64,000 nucleotides of DNA from Hyphochytrium catenoides (lineage: Eukaryota > Protista > Hyphochytriomycota): positions 151,151-215,150 of the forward strand of contig FLMG01003947.1 of assembly GCA_900088475.1 (NCBI GenBank), in the 5' to 3' direction. The notes under the pieces are model-generated. The model had not been told where the DNA came from, made no database searches, and saw nothing but the letters and a program-made list of their open reading frames with translations. Within the stretch, counting starts at the first letter, position 1, and the number at the start of each line of letters is the position of its first letter. The position numbers were made by a program, and so were the translations under genes. Positions 1 through 13,125 of the stretch are shown in pieces.

Positions 1-718
1 TAAGAATCTTCACGCATTATCGTGGCAGAATAATGAACGCAGACGATCCGGATAGAGATCCCACAGTCGAAAGCGAAAGGCCTGACTGCAGAGATGGAGA
101 GGAAGAAGATGATGAAGAAAGTAGAGGAAGAAGGATGAGCTTCACATCGGGCATAGAAGGCGGCGAAGGAGAGTAGATATGGAGAGGCCGAAGAAGGAGA
201 AGAGCTATATGGGTCAGGCTAGAAAGGCTAGGTGCCGCGATGGGTACAGATGCCAGTGGATAGCCTAGCGGGAAGGCTAGATGCTTTTCAGTCTAGAAAC
301 CCCGCTACGCTCATTGTCTCAATCTTAAGCGGCAGGCGGCTGCATCGTCTATAGGCTAGTAATCCTAAGCGTTAAGTGGGTTTCCAAGTGACATTTTTCT
401 TACTGGGATGACAACGATGACACTAGACGCTAGAAGCTTCCGCCAGAGGAACCAAAGTCTTCTTGACTTAAATTCAGCTGCTAGCGGCTGGAGCTGGATG
501 CTGGGCAGCTTCCACTGCTTTCTCAATCCTCTCATCAGTCATGTTGGTGAACAAGCCTCCTTTCCCTTAGGTGGGCTCGCCAGCTCTTCCCAGCAGCTTG
601 TGTGCTGTTAGACCTTTCAAGGTGTCTCTGGCTTTGCCGTGTCCAGTCCGCTCTGAAGGTACCTTACGCTAAGTTAGAGCCGCTTTGAAGCTGAGTAACG
701 TTGTGCCCCTCTCCATCA

Positions 719-3700
719 CTAAAGATAAGCCGCCAGGCGGATGAGAAGGCCGGTCTGTCCACGGACACTGACTTCAAGCATATGGGCGAAAGAGTCTGAC
801 AGACAAAGTGACACTAGCACTTTATTGATAGGATTGATAGCTCGAGAGTTGAGCTTTGCCCGCTTATTGGGCTTTTTATAAACAGCCTTACCACGGGGAG
901 ATGAAGTGCGTCTAGATCCCTCCCATGTCGGCGGCTGTTGGCTGTCTATCTTTGGCCGTTGGGTCTGTTTTTGGCCACACAAATCTGAGTAGTGTGTCTC
1001 CCGCTTGGCTCTCACCTGCCGGTCAGCGACGCAGCCGTCACCGCAAGAGAGCCCCAGAGAGCAAGTTGATATGTGGGCTATGAGAGGAGAGGAGAGAGTT
1101 GAAAGCAAAGAAGATACCTCGCGTGTACGGGATACAGAGAGGGAAGAAGGCGAGAGCTACCTCTGCAGCTCGGAACCTATCATGAGAAGGAGTTGACCTT
1201 GCCACTCACCTACAACCATAATCGAAACGTCAGATCATTGGACAAAAAGAGACTGAGAAGAAGTAGATTAATCAGGGAAAAACGAGGAAGATAGAGCTGA
1301 GGTGAAAACAGATCAGGAGGAAAGAGAAGAGAAGAAAGACCGACAGGAGTGGTATAGCATGCGACGGACCATCAGCAGGGGAGAGTCTTGAGCTTGCTTC
1401 TTAAGGAGCTCTGCCCTCTTTGCTGAGGGTGACGAGTTCTCAAAGACTTTCTGCAACGGCGAGGTAGAGGCTTTCTTCCCAGGACTGGCGCTACCACTCT
1501 TTCCCTTCCCTCGGCCTTGCATTGGAGGGGAGGACGGAGAAAAAGAGGATGGCGACTGCGGTCTCTTGGTGAAAAGTGGACCTTCGAGAAGATGTCCTGC
1601 CTGGTAAGGTTTATTGGGCGATGTGCCAGTCCTGCAGAAGAGAAGAACCGAGTGCTTAGCAAATTTCAAGTGGAAATGATGGCGTGGCTGTCTAAGAAAG
1701 AACAGTATGGAGCAAAAACGTTAGATGATAAAAAGAGGAACGCACTAGAGTCCGTGGAAGAGGAGGAGAGAGTTTGAGGAGCCTTTCCTATGATGATAGA
1801 GGAAAAGGATCGTCTATAGCGTACTGAGAGAAGTAACATCGACGTGGGAAGCGACAGGATGAGATATGGAAGGGGCACTATGACGAACAGAGGACAAAGC
1901 AACCGGCCACAGAGACAGAGAAACAGGGGCAGCGACTAGAAAGAAGAACAGAGCAGTAGAAGAGGAAAGTAGCGACAGACAACCAAAGAAGAGAGGCACA
2001 TACACACCCGAACATGCAGGGGAATAGGCGAAAAGAAGGACACCAAACGCTCAAGTGAGAGAAGAGAGGAAAGAACAAGAGGCGTACGTAGATTACGTAC
2101 TTCCGTCTGGGCTCTTTCAGCAACGATCGTTCTAGAGACTCCAAGGCTTGAAGGTCTTCCATGGTAAACTTATGACCTCTGTCAGCGGAGTATGAGGCTG
2201 GGTCTTTAGGCTGAAAGGTCTTCAAGTCCGTCAGCTGAGCCACAGAGAAAGAAGAAAGAGAGTCCGGAGGGAGGAGCTGGGCGAAAGGGACCACGCTTGC
2301 AGGGTCAGGGTAGGCTGATGACGCCGAAGGCAGAGAGGTCACAGTGATTGGCGGCAATGGTGCACCCTTCCGCCCTAATCTCCCTCCTCCTAGACCTTCT
2401 CGCTCTCTATCATCCTCTTCTCTCACAGCTAGAGCTTCTCTGATCTTTGTGGCCACCTCACTGAGCTTGCTCTCTTGAAAGAACTGTCTTAGCGCGGCCG
2501 ATGAGACTGGGTTAGCACTATTTGGCGTCATCGTGTGAGCCCTTCTGTACGTCCCGATGTGCGCACTTTTGGGACTGGAAGATTGTGGAAAAGGGATGTG
2601 AGCAAGGCAGCATTGAGATTTAGAGCAGGCCGAAGGAAAACAAAGAGTATCAAGAGAGTTAGAAGAGGTAGAGAGAGAGGAGCAGCTCGACGGAGAATGG
2701 AGACCCCACAGTGCCTGAGAAACCCCAAAAGGCAGGAGGACCTTGGAAGGAAGCAACCACAAGTAGCGAGAAGAACGTAAACTTGACAAAAGGTCGCACC
2801 GGTTGGTGACAGCGCCTGGGTCGTCTGAGATATGCATTCTAATGTCTTCTCGATCCGCGAGCCGCTCTAACTCCTCTAGGTTAAAGCTGAGACAGGGCAG
2901 GTAGACATGCACATGGCAGGCGAAAGTTCTGATGAGACAGAGGCTATTGAGAAGCCCAGGCGATAGCCCTCGAGCGTATGGAGTGAAAAGAACCATCTCA
3001 CTGCCAGAGGCAGCCCTATAGTTGTTACTTTCTCCCTACCTGGGCGTGACCTTGATGCCTTCAAAGAGGAAAGCTGGAGTCTGTCTCTCCTCTGGGTCCT
3101 TTTGATTGGTGGCGGTCTTTCGTCTCCGACTTCCGTCCCAAAGGAATTCCCCACCATCATCTTTCTCCTCTCCGCCCTCTGCTTTCATAAAGAGAAGTTC
3201 CTGGGCAGCCTTCACCACTTCCTCTATATATCCTACCCTCTCCTGGCCTCTCAGAAGACGGGCCTGGCACCATTCAACTAATATCTTATGGGTGTTTGTC
3301 CCCTTTGCAGCCACAGCAAACTGCTTGAGATCTGAGGCAGACAGCATGAATGTCTCCACCTCCTGAGACGCAGCGATCACTGAATATTCAAGAGGAAGTC
3401 CTGCAAAGGTGGCGCGCGAGGTAATGAATTTGAATGGTGAAGGGTAAGAGTCAGTCAAACCGTAGTTGCTCTGTCTAGTTGCATTTCCCTTCTTTCTCGC
3501 TAGCACCATCTTAACTCATGGAACTTTCTCACTGTTTCGTGCCTGTACCTTCGACTTTATGTGGGTGTATAACTCTCCCTCTTCCTCTCTCCTCTCTCTC
3601 CATCACCCGTTTGGTCAGCTCCCTGCATCAAGCAAATACCTGATTGTGCCAAGATCTCAGACCCCACGACGTCCCCAGCGCATAAGATGATAATGTCCAC

Positions 3701-5062
3701 CGTCCTTGTGGCTTTAGCTCTGCCATCCGTGGTCAAGGCTAAAGAGAGGATTAGAACCATACACTAGGGATCCCCGATGTGACGCGCTGTTCTTGCCCTC
3801 TCTGTTCGAACCGCTTCCGTCTCTCCACTGTCTCTCTCTAGCAGTGTCTCCCTTTTGACTGCTTCCTTCCCTCTTCCTCTCTCTCTCTCTTCCCTCTCTC
3901 TTCCCTCTCCGCTCGTTCTGATGGCTTTGCCCTTCCGCGTCCAGTTATTCATGGACAACCTTCAATATATGGCGTTAGTTTGCGTGACTTACCGCTCATA
4001 TTCTCCGTAATGCCGTCCTCTTGTTCGCTTCCATCCAAGTTCTCTTCCTCCTCATCCACCACCGTCGTAACCACTCGCACGTCTCCCTTCTTAATGAAGA
4101 ATATGCTAGGCGCGGAGTCTCCCTGCTCCAATATTTTCTCTCCGAAAAAGAACTTCTTCTTGGTAAGCACTCTGGCTAGCGTAATGAAGCGATGATGCGC
4201 CCATCCTTTGAAAAAACGGCACTTGGAGAGAAAGAGTACCTTCTCACCTGGAAGCAAAACGCGTCGTAGGAGAGGGGAGAGTCTATTGAGCCAAAGGACA
4301 GAAGAGTGAAGAACAAGGGGCGGATGGAGTCGTTGAAGAGTAGACATAATAGAAAGGAATGGAGAGAGAGAGATAAATAATAGCCCACTAGTTTGTCTAA
4401 TGGCAAAAGGCCAGCAAGAGAAGAAGAGGATTTCCTAGAGGAGTGGACAGAAGGAGCAAAATCTGACTTTGCTCCATAGCTTCCACATGATACGGAGCGA
4501 AGCTCCTGCTATACAGAAGCTTAGGGACAGCGATCATTTCAACATTCCCGTCTGCCACGGCCGAGGCAGTTCTTCGGATTCCATCTTCAAAGAGAGCCAC
4601 CTCACCGAACCCAGAGCCACAGGGAACAGTAGCCACGCGAACGCCTATGAGGAGCGCAACCTTAGTTCACATAGGTACAGAGAAAGAGAAAGAAGGTAGA
4701 TTGTAGCGCAGGAGTGACGAGGATATAGGGCTAGGCTTAGTAGTTAGAGTTGGATAAGAAAGCCCTCTTCTCTTACCAAGGAAGTCTCCCTTGAGATCGT
4801 GCCTCTTTACCGCGCCTTCTCTGTCCTCCTTCAGCTCTACCAGCGCTGGAGCCGCGGCTCCAGCAAAGATAGCAACAGTACCTGTGGTTGACGTAAGGCT
4901 TTTCCTTTCATCTCCCCTATAGTTGTCTACCCATGAGAGCTGACTAATGTGCATCCCACTCTTCCATTTGACCTGCGAGTATTACTCATTGCCCGTCGAT
5001 CTCTTGCTTTCTCTTGATTCTTTCTCTGTCTCTGTCTCTGTCTCTGTCTGTTTCTCTCTCTT

Positions 5063-5128
<66 letters not shown>

Positions 5129-6042
5129 GCTTTCTCTCTTTCCCTTGCTCTCTTACCGGAGAAGATGATATAATAGTGAGTTCCAAAGTCTCCTTGAAGA
5201 AAGATGAGGTCCCCGTCATTGTAGGTGGTAAACTCCATGTTGGTTAGCACGTCCACCACCGCCGCCCTATCAATGTGCTTGAAGGTCTTCCCCTGCACCT
5301 CCAGCGCCCACTCCGTCAGCCGCTCTAACATTGCAGGCGTCCTCTCTCCAGGCTTGGAATGAGTCATTATATCCCTAACGGGTGAGGATGCAGAGAGGAA
5401 GAAGATGTTACCAAGGTTGCGGTGAGAAGAACGGGATGCACATGCATAGAGACACAGGAAGGTCGGAAAGAGGGAATTGGTGTCCCAGGATAGAAGAAAG
5501 TCGGAGGAAAGGAGACCAGAGAAGTAGGATAAGGGAGATCAGTCGAAGACATAGCCGACAGGAGAGAGAGAGCGGCTTTGAAGTTAGGCCTTGGTGATAA
5601 GAAAGGCGAGAACGAGCAGCAAAGAATGCCAGGAGAATGAAAGTCAGGGTTACTGATCAAAGCGAAAGCGATGGCTTGGGCTTCAGGGATGACGACAATA
5701 TGAAGGATGTAGGAGAGAGGTACTAAGGGCCACGGACGGCATGGGCTGAGGAGGAGTGGATCGAGAAGACGAAGTGATGAGAAGTGCTAAGCACCTTGCT
5801 CTTTGTATAATAGTCTCAATCCGTTTCTTCTCGGCCATGACTCTCATTTCCTCCACCACTTCCAGCCACATCTGGAAGGCTGCTCTTTGCCGATGCCGCT
5901 GCCATTTTTTAAGGATGTGATTCTCCAGCAAACTCTTCTCTGACACAGTGAAAGAGCGCTCAGGCCCATCTGCCGGGTTCCCGGCGCGGGAGGATGATGG
6001 GCCATCCCCACTCCCAGCGGCAGCCTTGATGATAGACTCCAT
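719..6042 (-). CDS. Multi-exon protein with two tandem cyclic nucleotide-binding (cNMP) domains and a long low-complexity C-terminal region; 3' end uncertain and may run off the window
   Basis: Exon pieces read TYNDGDLIFLQGDFGTHYYIIFSG, GSGFGEVALFEDGIRRTASAVA (phosphate-binding cassette), then FFKGW...FFFGEKILEQGDSAPSIFFIKKGDVRV and LCAGDVVGSEIL. They are separated by GT-AG introns with pyrimidine tracts. Confidence 0.75.
5024..5128. repeat. Compound microsatellite (TCTCTG)n/(TCTG)n/(TC)n inside an intron
   Basis: Directly visible; it produces spurious ER/LS-repeat ORFs. Confidence 0.95.
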
Positions 6043-6669
6043 TCTAAGCGTGCGCTGAGATGTACTTTCCTTTCCAGGCTTAGTCAGAAGCTTAGCGCTT
6101 ATCTTTGATTCTGACCTTCACCTTTCATCGCAGACGTACGCAGCCAGCGCCCGTCGCTAGGTGTATGGGACAAAGCAGTCCGTATCAAGGGAATTGCTCT
6201 GATGCACCGCTAGCTTTTGCTCTTCGAGGCTCCAGGAAACGCCAGCTTATGTATCCGTTGTTCAGCTTGAAAAGATGACGCTTTGCGCGTGTAAACAATT
6301 TACCCTTGGTCCATTATTATCATCCCTCTCCCCATTCGCTTCGCTCAAGGTATATACTTCGTCCACGGTGAAGCTGTAGGTCTCTCGTTAGGGACCTTCA
6401 CCGCCGTCAACCGCTATGTTCGCTCTCTTTGTCGCTCTCTTTCTCTCACCGCCTATTGCCTTCTCTTGTTGGCTCTCGTTGAGCTTCCTTCTTCTCCTTC
6501 TTTCTCTGGTGTGGTCTCTTTCTTTCTCTCCTCCTCTCTCTCTCTCTTTCCTCTTTCTGTCCCTCTCTCTCCTACAAGCACTATAAGCTCCTTCTTCACT
6601 CGCGCCTCTCTCTTTCTCTTCCTCCTAACGTGGTCATGCCCCTGATGGTTGATGATAAGACGAAAGGGA

Positions 6670-6674
<5 letters not shown>

Positions 6675-6726
<52 letters not shown>
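6675..6726. repeat. (GA)n microsatellite
   Basis: Directly visible perfect dinucleotide run. Confidence 0.97.
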
Positions 6727-6729
<3 letters not shown>

Positions 6730-7624
6730 CTTTCTTCACTTGCTCCACCTTTCTGACCACTCCCATCATCCCATCATAGTAATAATCCATGATACTCACT
6801 CTTTATACCTGGTATAGTGGCACATAGTAATGCTGCTGAGGTGTTCTATACGGTATCTTGAATACGAAGATAAAAGTCGTAGCTATTGGAAACATGTCCA
6901 TTTCGATTCCATATGCCTTGATGGGCGTTACATGTTGGTGCTGTGGAGGCTGAAGGTGCAATGCGGTGGGGCCGCAGCGCCTTCCTCCCCCGCCTCACTC
7001 CTGCGCCTCTTGCTGCCACAGCCGCTGCTGTCATTGGTGTCCTGTCAGTGCCTGGTTTATCTTCTCTTCAGTGAGCGAGCTTGACGAAGTAGCAAGCGGA
7101 AAGCACACTGACTGGCAACTCCTGCTGCTGATGCACCAGTAAAGCCTGTCATCGCTCTCCTTCAATCCCACCTGAAGTGCTTCCCCTCGTCCATGTTGTT
7201 CCTCCATTGGTTGGTCTTTCTGTTATCTCTCTTTCATTCCTTGGGCTCGCATGTGCCGTTCTCATTACGTGCCTTCGACAACTCCCTCTAGTACTTGTGA
7301 TGATAGTGTGTCCATCATAACAGAGTGGACGGGAGGAGGAGACTCTTCCATGGTCTCACTAACTCAGCCATCAAATTGGCAAACTCTGTCTAGGCGTCAA
7401 AAGTAAGGAGCCCGCCCAGCACGCGTTATTGTTTACACTACTAGCTAAGGGGGTGTCCCGTTCCCTTCTTCGTCGGGGTTATCATCATCCTTTTGATCGA
7501 ACCCTAACCTCTTCGATAAAACAGTATTGAGTGTCTCAAGAAAAAAGGTGGTCTCCAGAGCTATCATGTGTCAAGTCCTTTGTGGTATATAAAAAATCTT
7601 AGCGGACTACAACGCTTGATAAAT

Positions 7625-8831
7625 CTATTGAGCCTTAGGTTTAGCTACGTCCTGGGTACGGCGGCGTCTGAAAAGGCTCATCACCGAGAAGCCGTGGTCT
7701 CCGAGCTTAGCGTAGTCGTTAGGCACTTGCTTCTTTTCACGATATTTCCTCTCCATCATTTCAAACAGTGTGCCATCGTAGCAGCTGCGTACAGCTTCTT
7801 TAGTCACAAGACCGCGGTCATCAGCAGCCAAGAGCCAGAGTGTGAACCACTCAAACTTGCCAGCGAGCCTGTGAGTACGGGGGCAACCAGGAAAGGAGGG
7901 CATATGTGAGAAGCATTGAACAAAAATAGCCAAGAACTTCTGGTGGGATGTATAGGAGCGTACCAGCCAAAAATGTCCATTACGTCCCACGTTGCCTGAG
8001 TCATGCGCCAGAGGTCTCCAGCACTCAGTCCTCCCTTGTTACCGCAATCCCACTTAGCAAACAGGTCCTCGTACTTCTGAGGGATAAATCGTCCCTCCTG
8101 GTCGTACACTTCTTGGTCGGAACCATGCTTGGCGCGGTGGATGTTCTTCGTGTAGATCCTCATAAAGGGATCAGGGATGTAGTGCGGGCATGTGAAGAAA
8201 GAAAAGCCACCGTGGATAAAGAGCATGGCAAGCACGCAGAAGAACCAGTTGAAGCCAATTCGCCGGAAACCTGTCGAATCCAAAAGCATCATCAGCACAT
8301 TCTGCCACTTTTGATGATTGAGAAATGGAGGTGAAGAGCGTTGCTGATTGCCAACGGAGTGTGGAAACAACAAGGACAAGAAAGGGATGAGAGAGGTGAG
8401 ATCAGCACCGTAAGAAAGAAAGAGATGAGAGAGGTGAGATCGGCACCGTACCGATAAAGGTGTCAGGCATGGTAATAATCCCATCACCGTTCCTGTCAAA
8501 GAAGTCCACATGCTTTTGCATCACGCTGCGGTTGGCATTCTTCTTGCCAGAAATATCTGAGCCATGAGGATGGTCGATGGTAACCGCCTCAGTCGCTCTG
8601 CCCACTCCTAAAAAGAACCAGAGCAGAAACGGTGGTGAGGAGTTGAGATAAGGCCTTGACCTAAGTCGACAGTGGAGAATGGGGTTTACCAGGCTCCGGA
8701 ATGCCTTTGTCTTCAAGGTGACGAGCTGGAGGACGGTACTTGGTAACATCTACGTCCTCACATTGCGTTTGCACATCATCATTGCCCGGTTGACGGTGGT
8801 GGAGCTTGATTCTCTGCATATCTTGCTGCAT
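7625..8831 (-). CDS. Caleosin / peroxygenase (lipid-droplet calcium-binding protein), 4 exons
   Basis: MQKHVDFFDRNGDGII (His plus EF-hand), a hydrophobic segment with proline knot CPHYIPDPF, NIHRAKHGSD, DQEGRFIPQKYEDLFAKWD and KEAVRSCYDGTLFE. Confidence 0.93.
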
Positions 8832-11495
8832 CTTTTGGGGTCTTCTTATCAAAACTGGCTGCCACTATTACTGCTATTTATGAATGAGATTGTAACGTTG
8901 ATGGCGTAGGGTAACTTTGTTTATGGCAGCCCGCTGAGTCTGGCCGACTGTGAGGGTGGTAGATCTAAGGACCTGCTACAAAGATCCTTGCCCGTCTGTT
9001 ATTCACAGTGGGAACTAGTAATAGCAGCAAATTTTTTTCACGGAAGGCAACTCCCTAGCTTCATAGAACTAGTAAGGTGTGTGGCTGCTTGGCCGGAAGC
9101 CTTCTTTTCTCCAATTCTTCATCATGACGCAGCACCTGCGGAAAGAGAACAGTCGCGGCCTCTAGGGTTCTTTGTCCAGCAGCTAGATCCTTCCACCTCC
9201 ATCATTGGGGAATAGAAAGAAAGAAGACTAGGAGCTAGTAAATCTAGACACCTGCATGGTAAGCACTATAGTCAACACTAGGTCAGAAAGCCTCCGCAGG
9301 TAGGACTCTGGACTTCCACATCACTGTTCTGCATGGTAGTAGCGGGCGGGGCTTTGCATGAGACGACAAGCGAACAGACAGGTACGGACTGACTACCTAT
9401 CAACCCCGTAAACGCTAGGGCGTGAGAGCCAAGGAGCCAAGAGGCTCTCCACGAAGTAAGCCAGCTGCACAAAGGCTCATTATTAGGAAGAGAGAAAGAT
9501 ACCAGCGCAGATTGAGAGGAGGAAGAAGTATTGGACGCTGTGTCTCTTATAACAAGAAGAAGAAGACAGGAAGAAAGGAGGATCGATGATGAGAACAGCG
9601 AGCGACAGTGAAAGAAGTGGAGCTGAGCTTTTGACTCTTCATTCTTTCATTGTTTCAGAGTGTGAAAAGCTCAATATTTCTCAGCTATCTGCTGTTACCT
9701 TCTGTCAATGTGAAAGATACCTCTAGCAGAAACCTTCATCTGCTTCAGGAGGAGGTCTGAGGGTGGAGAACACTTGATGCTTTTGTACGGCCACTGCCAC
9801 GGAGTGCGAGGCGCAGGGCGACAAGGAGAAGCAGCAATGTTTGCTTTGTCTTTCTTCTGCTGCTGCTGGTCGGCATGCTTGTCCCGTGAACATTTTGTTG
9901 CTGCTTCGTTCACGGCTTCTTAGCTTCCGTAGTTCCTCGTGGTCGTTCGTCTTCTCGTCCACAAGTGACTGACATCGGCCTTGCAAGAAGTGCCGGGGAG
10001 AAAGTAAAGATGATTTATAAGGCTTCAATGTCTGCGTGGCGCGTCTTTCTTCCACCCCGTTTGTCCTTATTATGTCTTATGTCTCCGTCAAGGGTGCATC
10101 GTCAGAACAACCTAGAGAAGCGAAGAGGTATCACACGATCACACGATTATAGAATAGATAGCGTCTTTATGAATGAAGGAGACGAGCGTGATGTGCCTTC
10201 TTCTTGCGGGCTAAAGGCTTCTGTGTTCTTTTCATCAGCTCTCTTTATAGACTTTCTGGGTTTTTCGCTCTTCTAACTGAAGCCAAAGAAAACCTTGAAC
10301 TAGGCTTCCGTGCAGGAGGCGCAAGAGGTAGAGTCCAGCGGAAAGCATCAAGAAAACCGTAAGACGACAGAATGCCGCAACAACTACTACCGCCAGAACC
10401 CTAATTTTATGGCCTTCGCCCTAGAGGAGCATTATTATCGTCAGGAGGAACCGTCTATATTGCTGACCTCTCTTCCCAGCCTTTGCTTTCCTACCAGGTG
10501 AGGCCTTCAGCCTGGATGGGGATTCTTTCCTGGATAGAGCTTCCATGGGTGTAAGGCCTTGCGTGGTTAGGAGACCAGCCTTGAAGAAGACGAGGACTAT
10601 TATTTGAATTCCAAATGGTGCTCAACAACTTTCTCTCTCAACCTTGGTCATAATCCCAATGCATCAAAGCTTCATTGAGTCAGTCACTAACCGATGACCA
10701 CTCTTCTCAGTTGTGCCAATGATGGAAAATGAGGAGAGGGATTATTACAGAGTAATTCTTAATAGTTCTATGGCTTACAGGCACAAGAAGGGAAAGAACG
10801 AAGAGTGGAGTCTCTATCAAATCAACGTTATTGACTATGGGCTCTATTGATTATTAGAATAGGAACAACTGAGGGCATGACACGGCTCCTGATGGCAAAG
10901 GCTTCTATCACTATACACCTGGCTAAGTGCCCCAAAGAGCTCTTGACTCGAAACTGAAGAAGTAATATCTTCAGCTGATGTCTGAAGGAGGACAGCACGA
11001 CGACACGGGATCAGACCTCACTAATGAGCGAGCTACATCTTTGGGAAGATGGTGATGGGACAGAAACCTGACATTCACTCTTAAGGCACCAGAGACATAC
11101 TGTGCTCAAAAGGACACGCACTGATGGCGCATGTTGACCCCCCTTCCCCTTATAATTCAGTCATGGTTCTTAGTGTGAGAGGGAAGAGAAACATCTTTAC
11201 ATCATTGCTCTTTGTGCCTTTTAAATTCTTGCACCTCTGGGAGGGAAGCGGTCAAGCCCAGACTTAAGGAAGTTATACTCTGGAACGCAGTCATCACGAG
11301 AATCAGTCCAACGGACAGAGCTCCATGATAAATCTTAGACCGTGTATCCGATGGCTGTTGTCCTTGTTGACAGGCAGTGTGAAAGGAGCTTTCCTGGCCC
11401 CAGGATCAGGTCCCAAGGGAATGTGACGTGATAAACTTCATTATCTCTTCAAGCCCGGGAGTAACGACCAGCTGAATGAGTATCCTCAGATCCTT

Positions 11496-11521
11496 NNNNN
11501 NNNNNNNNNNNNNNNNNNNNN
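11496..11521. other. Assembly gap (run of N)
   Basis: Ns in the sequence. Confidence 1.
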
Positions 11522-13125
11522 AAAATCGCTGACCCAGAGCTGTTACACTTTGCTTGTCCGTAACATCTTGTCGACCGTGTCAACAAAAGCCCACATCGGC
11601 CAAGCTACGCAGCGAGAGCGGAGAAGTTGATGGCATGGCAACGGCAGACGTTGCGCTGAAGCTGTAGCTCATTGCCTCATTTCCAGGGGGTTATTACGCC
11701 GGATATATACTCCGCCCTTTTCTCGCAGCTGTTCCCGTGACTGAGACTGTGGAGTCAGCCTGACCAGACAGAGTGCTAGACTCTTGAGATTGAAGAGCTC
11801 CTCAGCGGAGGTTACACTGCAGAGTATCAGGAAAGTTGCTCGATAGTTCTTGATGCTCTATCTTCTCTATAAAACCTCCCCGGTGCACAAGCATCATACA
11901 TCGGCTGGTCTATAAGGCTTGCTAGAGAAGTCAAGACCACCCTGGCATCCTTCCTCCCTCTTCCAACTACTAGCTTAGTATAACTGATCGACCAGCACGA
12001 TGAGGTCTGAACTTTCAGGCGGGAGTTACACGCTTTGCCATATCTTTGACTCTTCCGCCATCACTTCTCACACCAAAGTCTCTGTCCTTTATGGGGTTGG
12101 TTACCTTGTGGCTTTCCGTTGCTAGAGAAGAGGAAAACTGTCCGTTTCAATGTGAATTAACGTCAATAATATTTGCAAAAAAACTGTGAAAAAAGGCGCT
12201 CTAGGAATTTTCAATCGTATTTATTGCCTAAGGGTTCTGACAAGATTGACCATTATTGACAAAGTGGTAAAAGTAACGGATGTGAGTCCATTTCTCGCAT
12301 GACCAGTCTTTGATCTTTAACCCTGACAACTGGCTTTCTTCGCCTTGCCAGTCAAGCCTCAGGGCCGCAGGAGGCTCCGTTACACGCCTAATGATCATCT
12401 AATAAGGAAATATCCAGCTGAGGCTGGCCTTTTTAGCTCATAGGTTATGCCAGAGAGGCCACTCTTCTCCCTTCCCAACCACCAGGTTGTCCCGTGGCTC
12501 CTTATAGTGCCTCTGCTAATGAGAGTGCATGATGACCTATTGATGTCCCTCGTTCTTGTCCTCCTGGGCCCATGCCACGGAACATCAAACAAGTAAGAAA
12601 CAAACTCCCTCCTCGTCCGTTGTCTCAGCCTTGTGATGTTGCCTTTTGTTTGGCGTTTGATTGTGCTAAGGTTTCTTTAAAGGTGTATAGCCCTTTATAC
12701 AATGTCTCCCCATAGTTACGGACAATGGTGCACTTATCTTGAGGCTGGAGTAGCAACGATGATGGTTCTCTCCGTTCGAACCGTCATCTGGTTCTCACCA
12801 AGCACTACTCCTGGCTACGAGTTAGCTTTCTATCCACCTCTCTACCAAGAGTGATGTAGGCTTTCAAGAACTGCCGTTGAGCTACTAGCTTGGCAGGCTC
12901 TTCTGTAGCCTCTGAGCGCTCACTGCTAAATGACGGTTCGCATTCCTTGAGGTTTGCCTAGGCTGCAGCTTTTTCATTCTCTGTCTGAGGACCTTCTCAC
13001 ATCTAAATTTTCTGCCTGCGCCACACAAGCCCACACTGGAGCTGCTTCACCTTCAGCACCAACCCAGTCCAGTCTAAACCATCCTCAGTTGACCAGGACT
13101 GTGCCACCACCTTCGACACACAGCC

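Noticed and set aside
4947-5247. ER/LS-repeat ORFs (also 6596-6799 and 60377-60673)
   Set aside because: They are translations of microsatellites.
9200-12600. Possible retrotransposon around the assembly gap
   Set aside because: No RT, integrase, LTR or TIR motif was recognised in the frames read.
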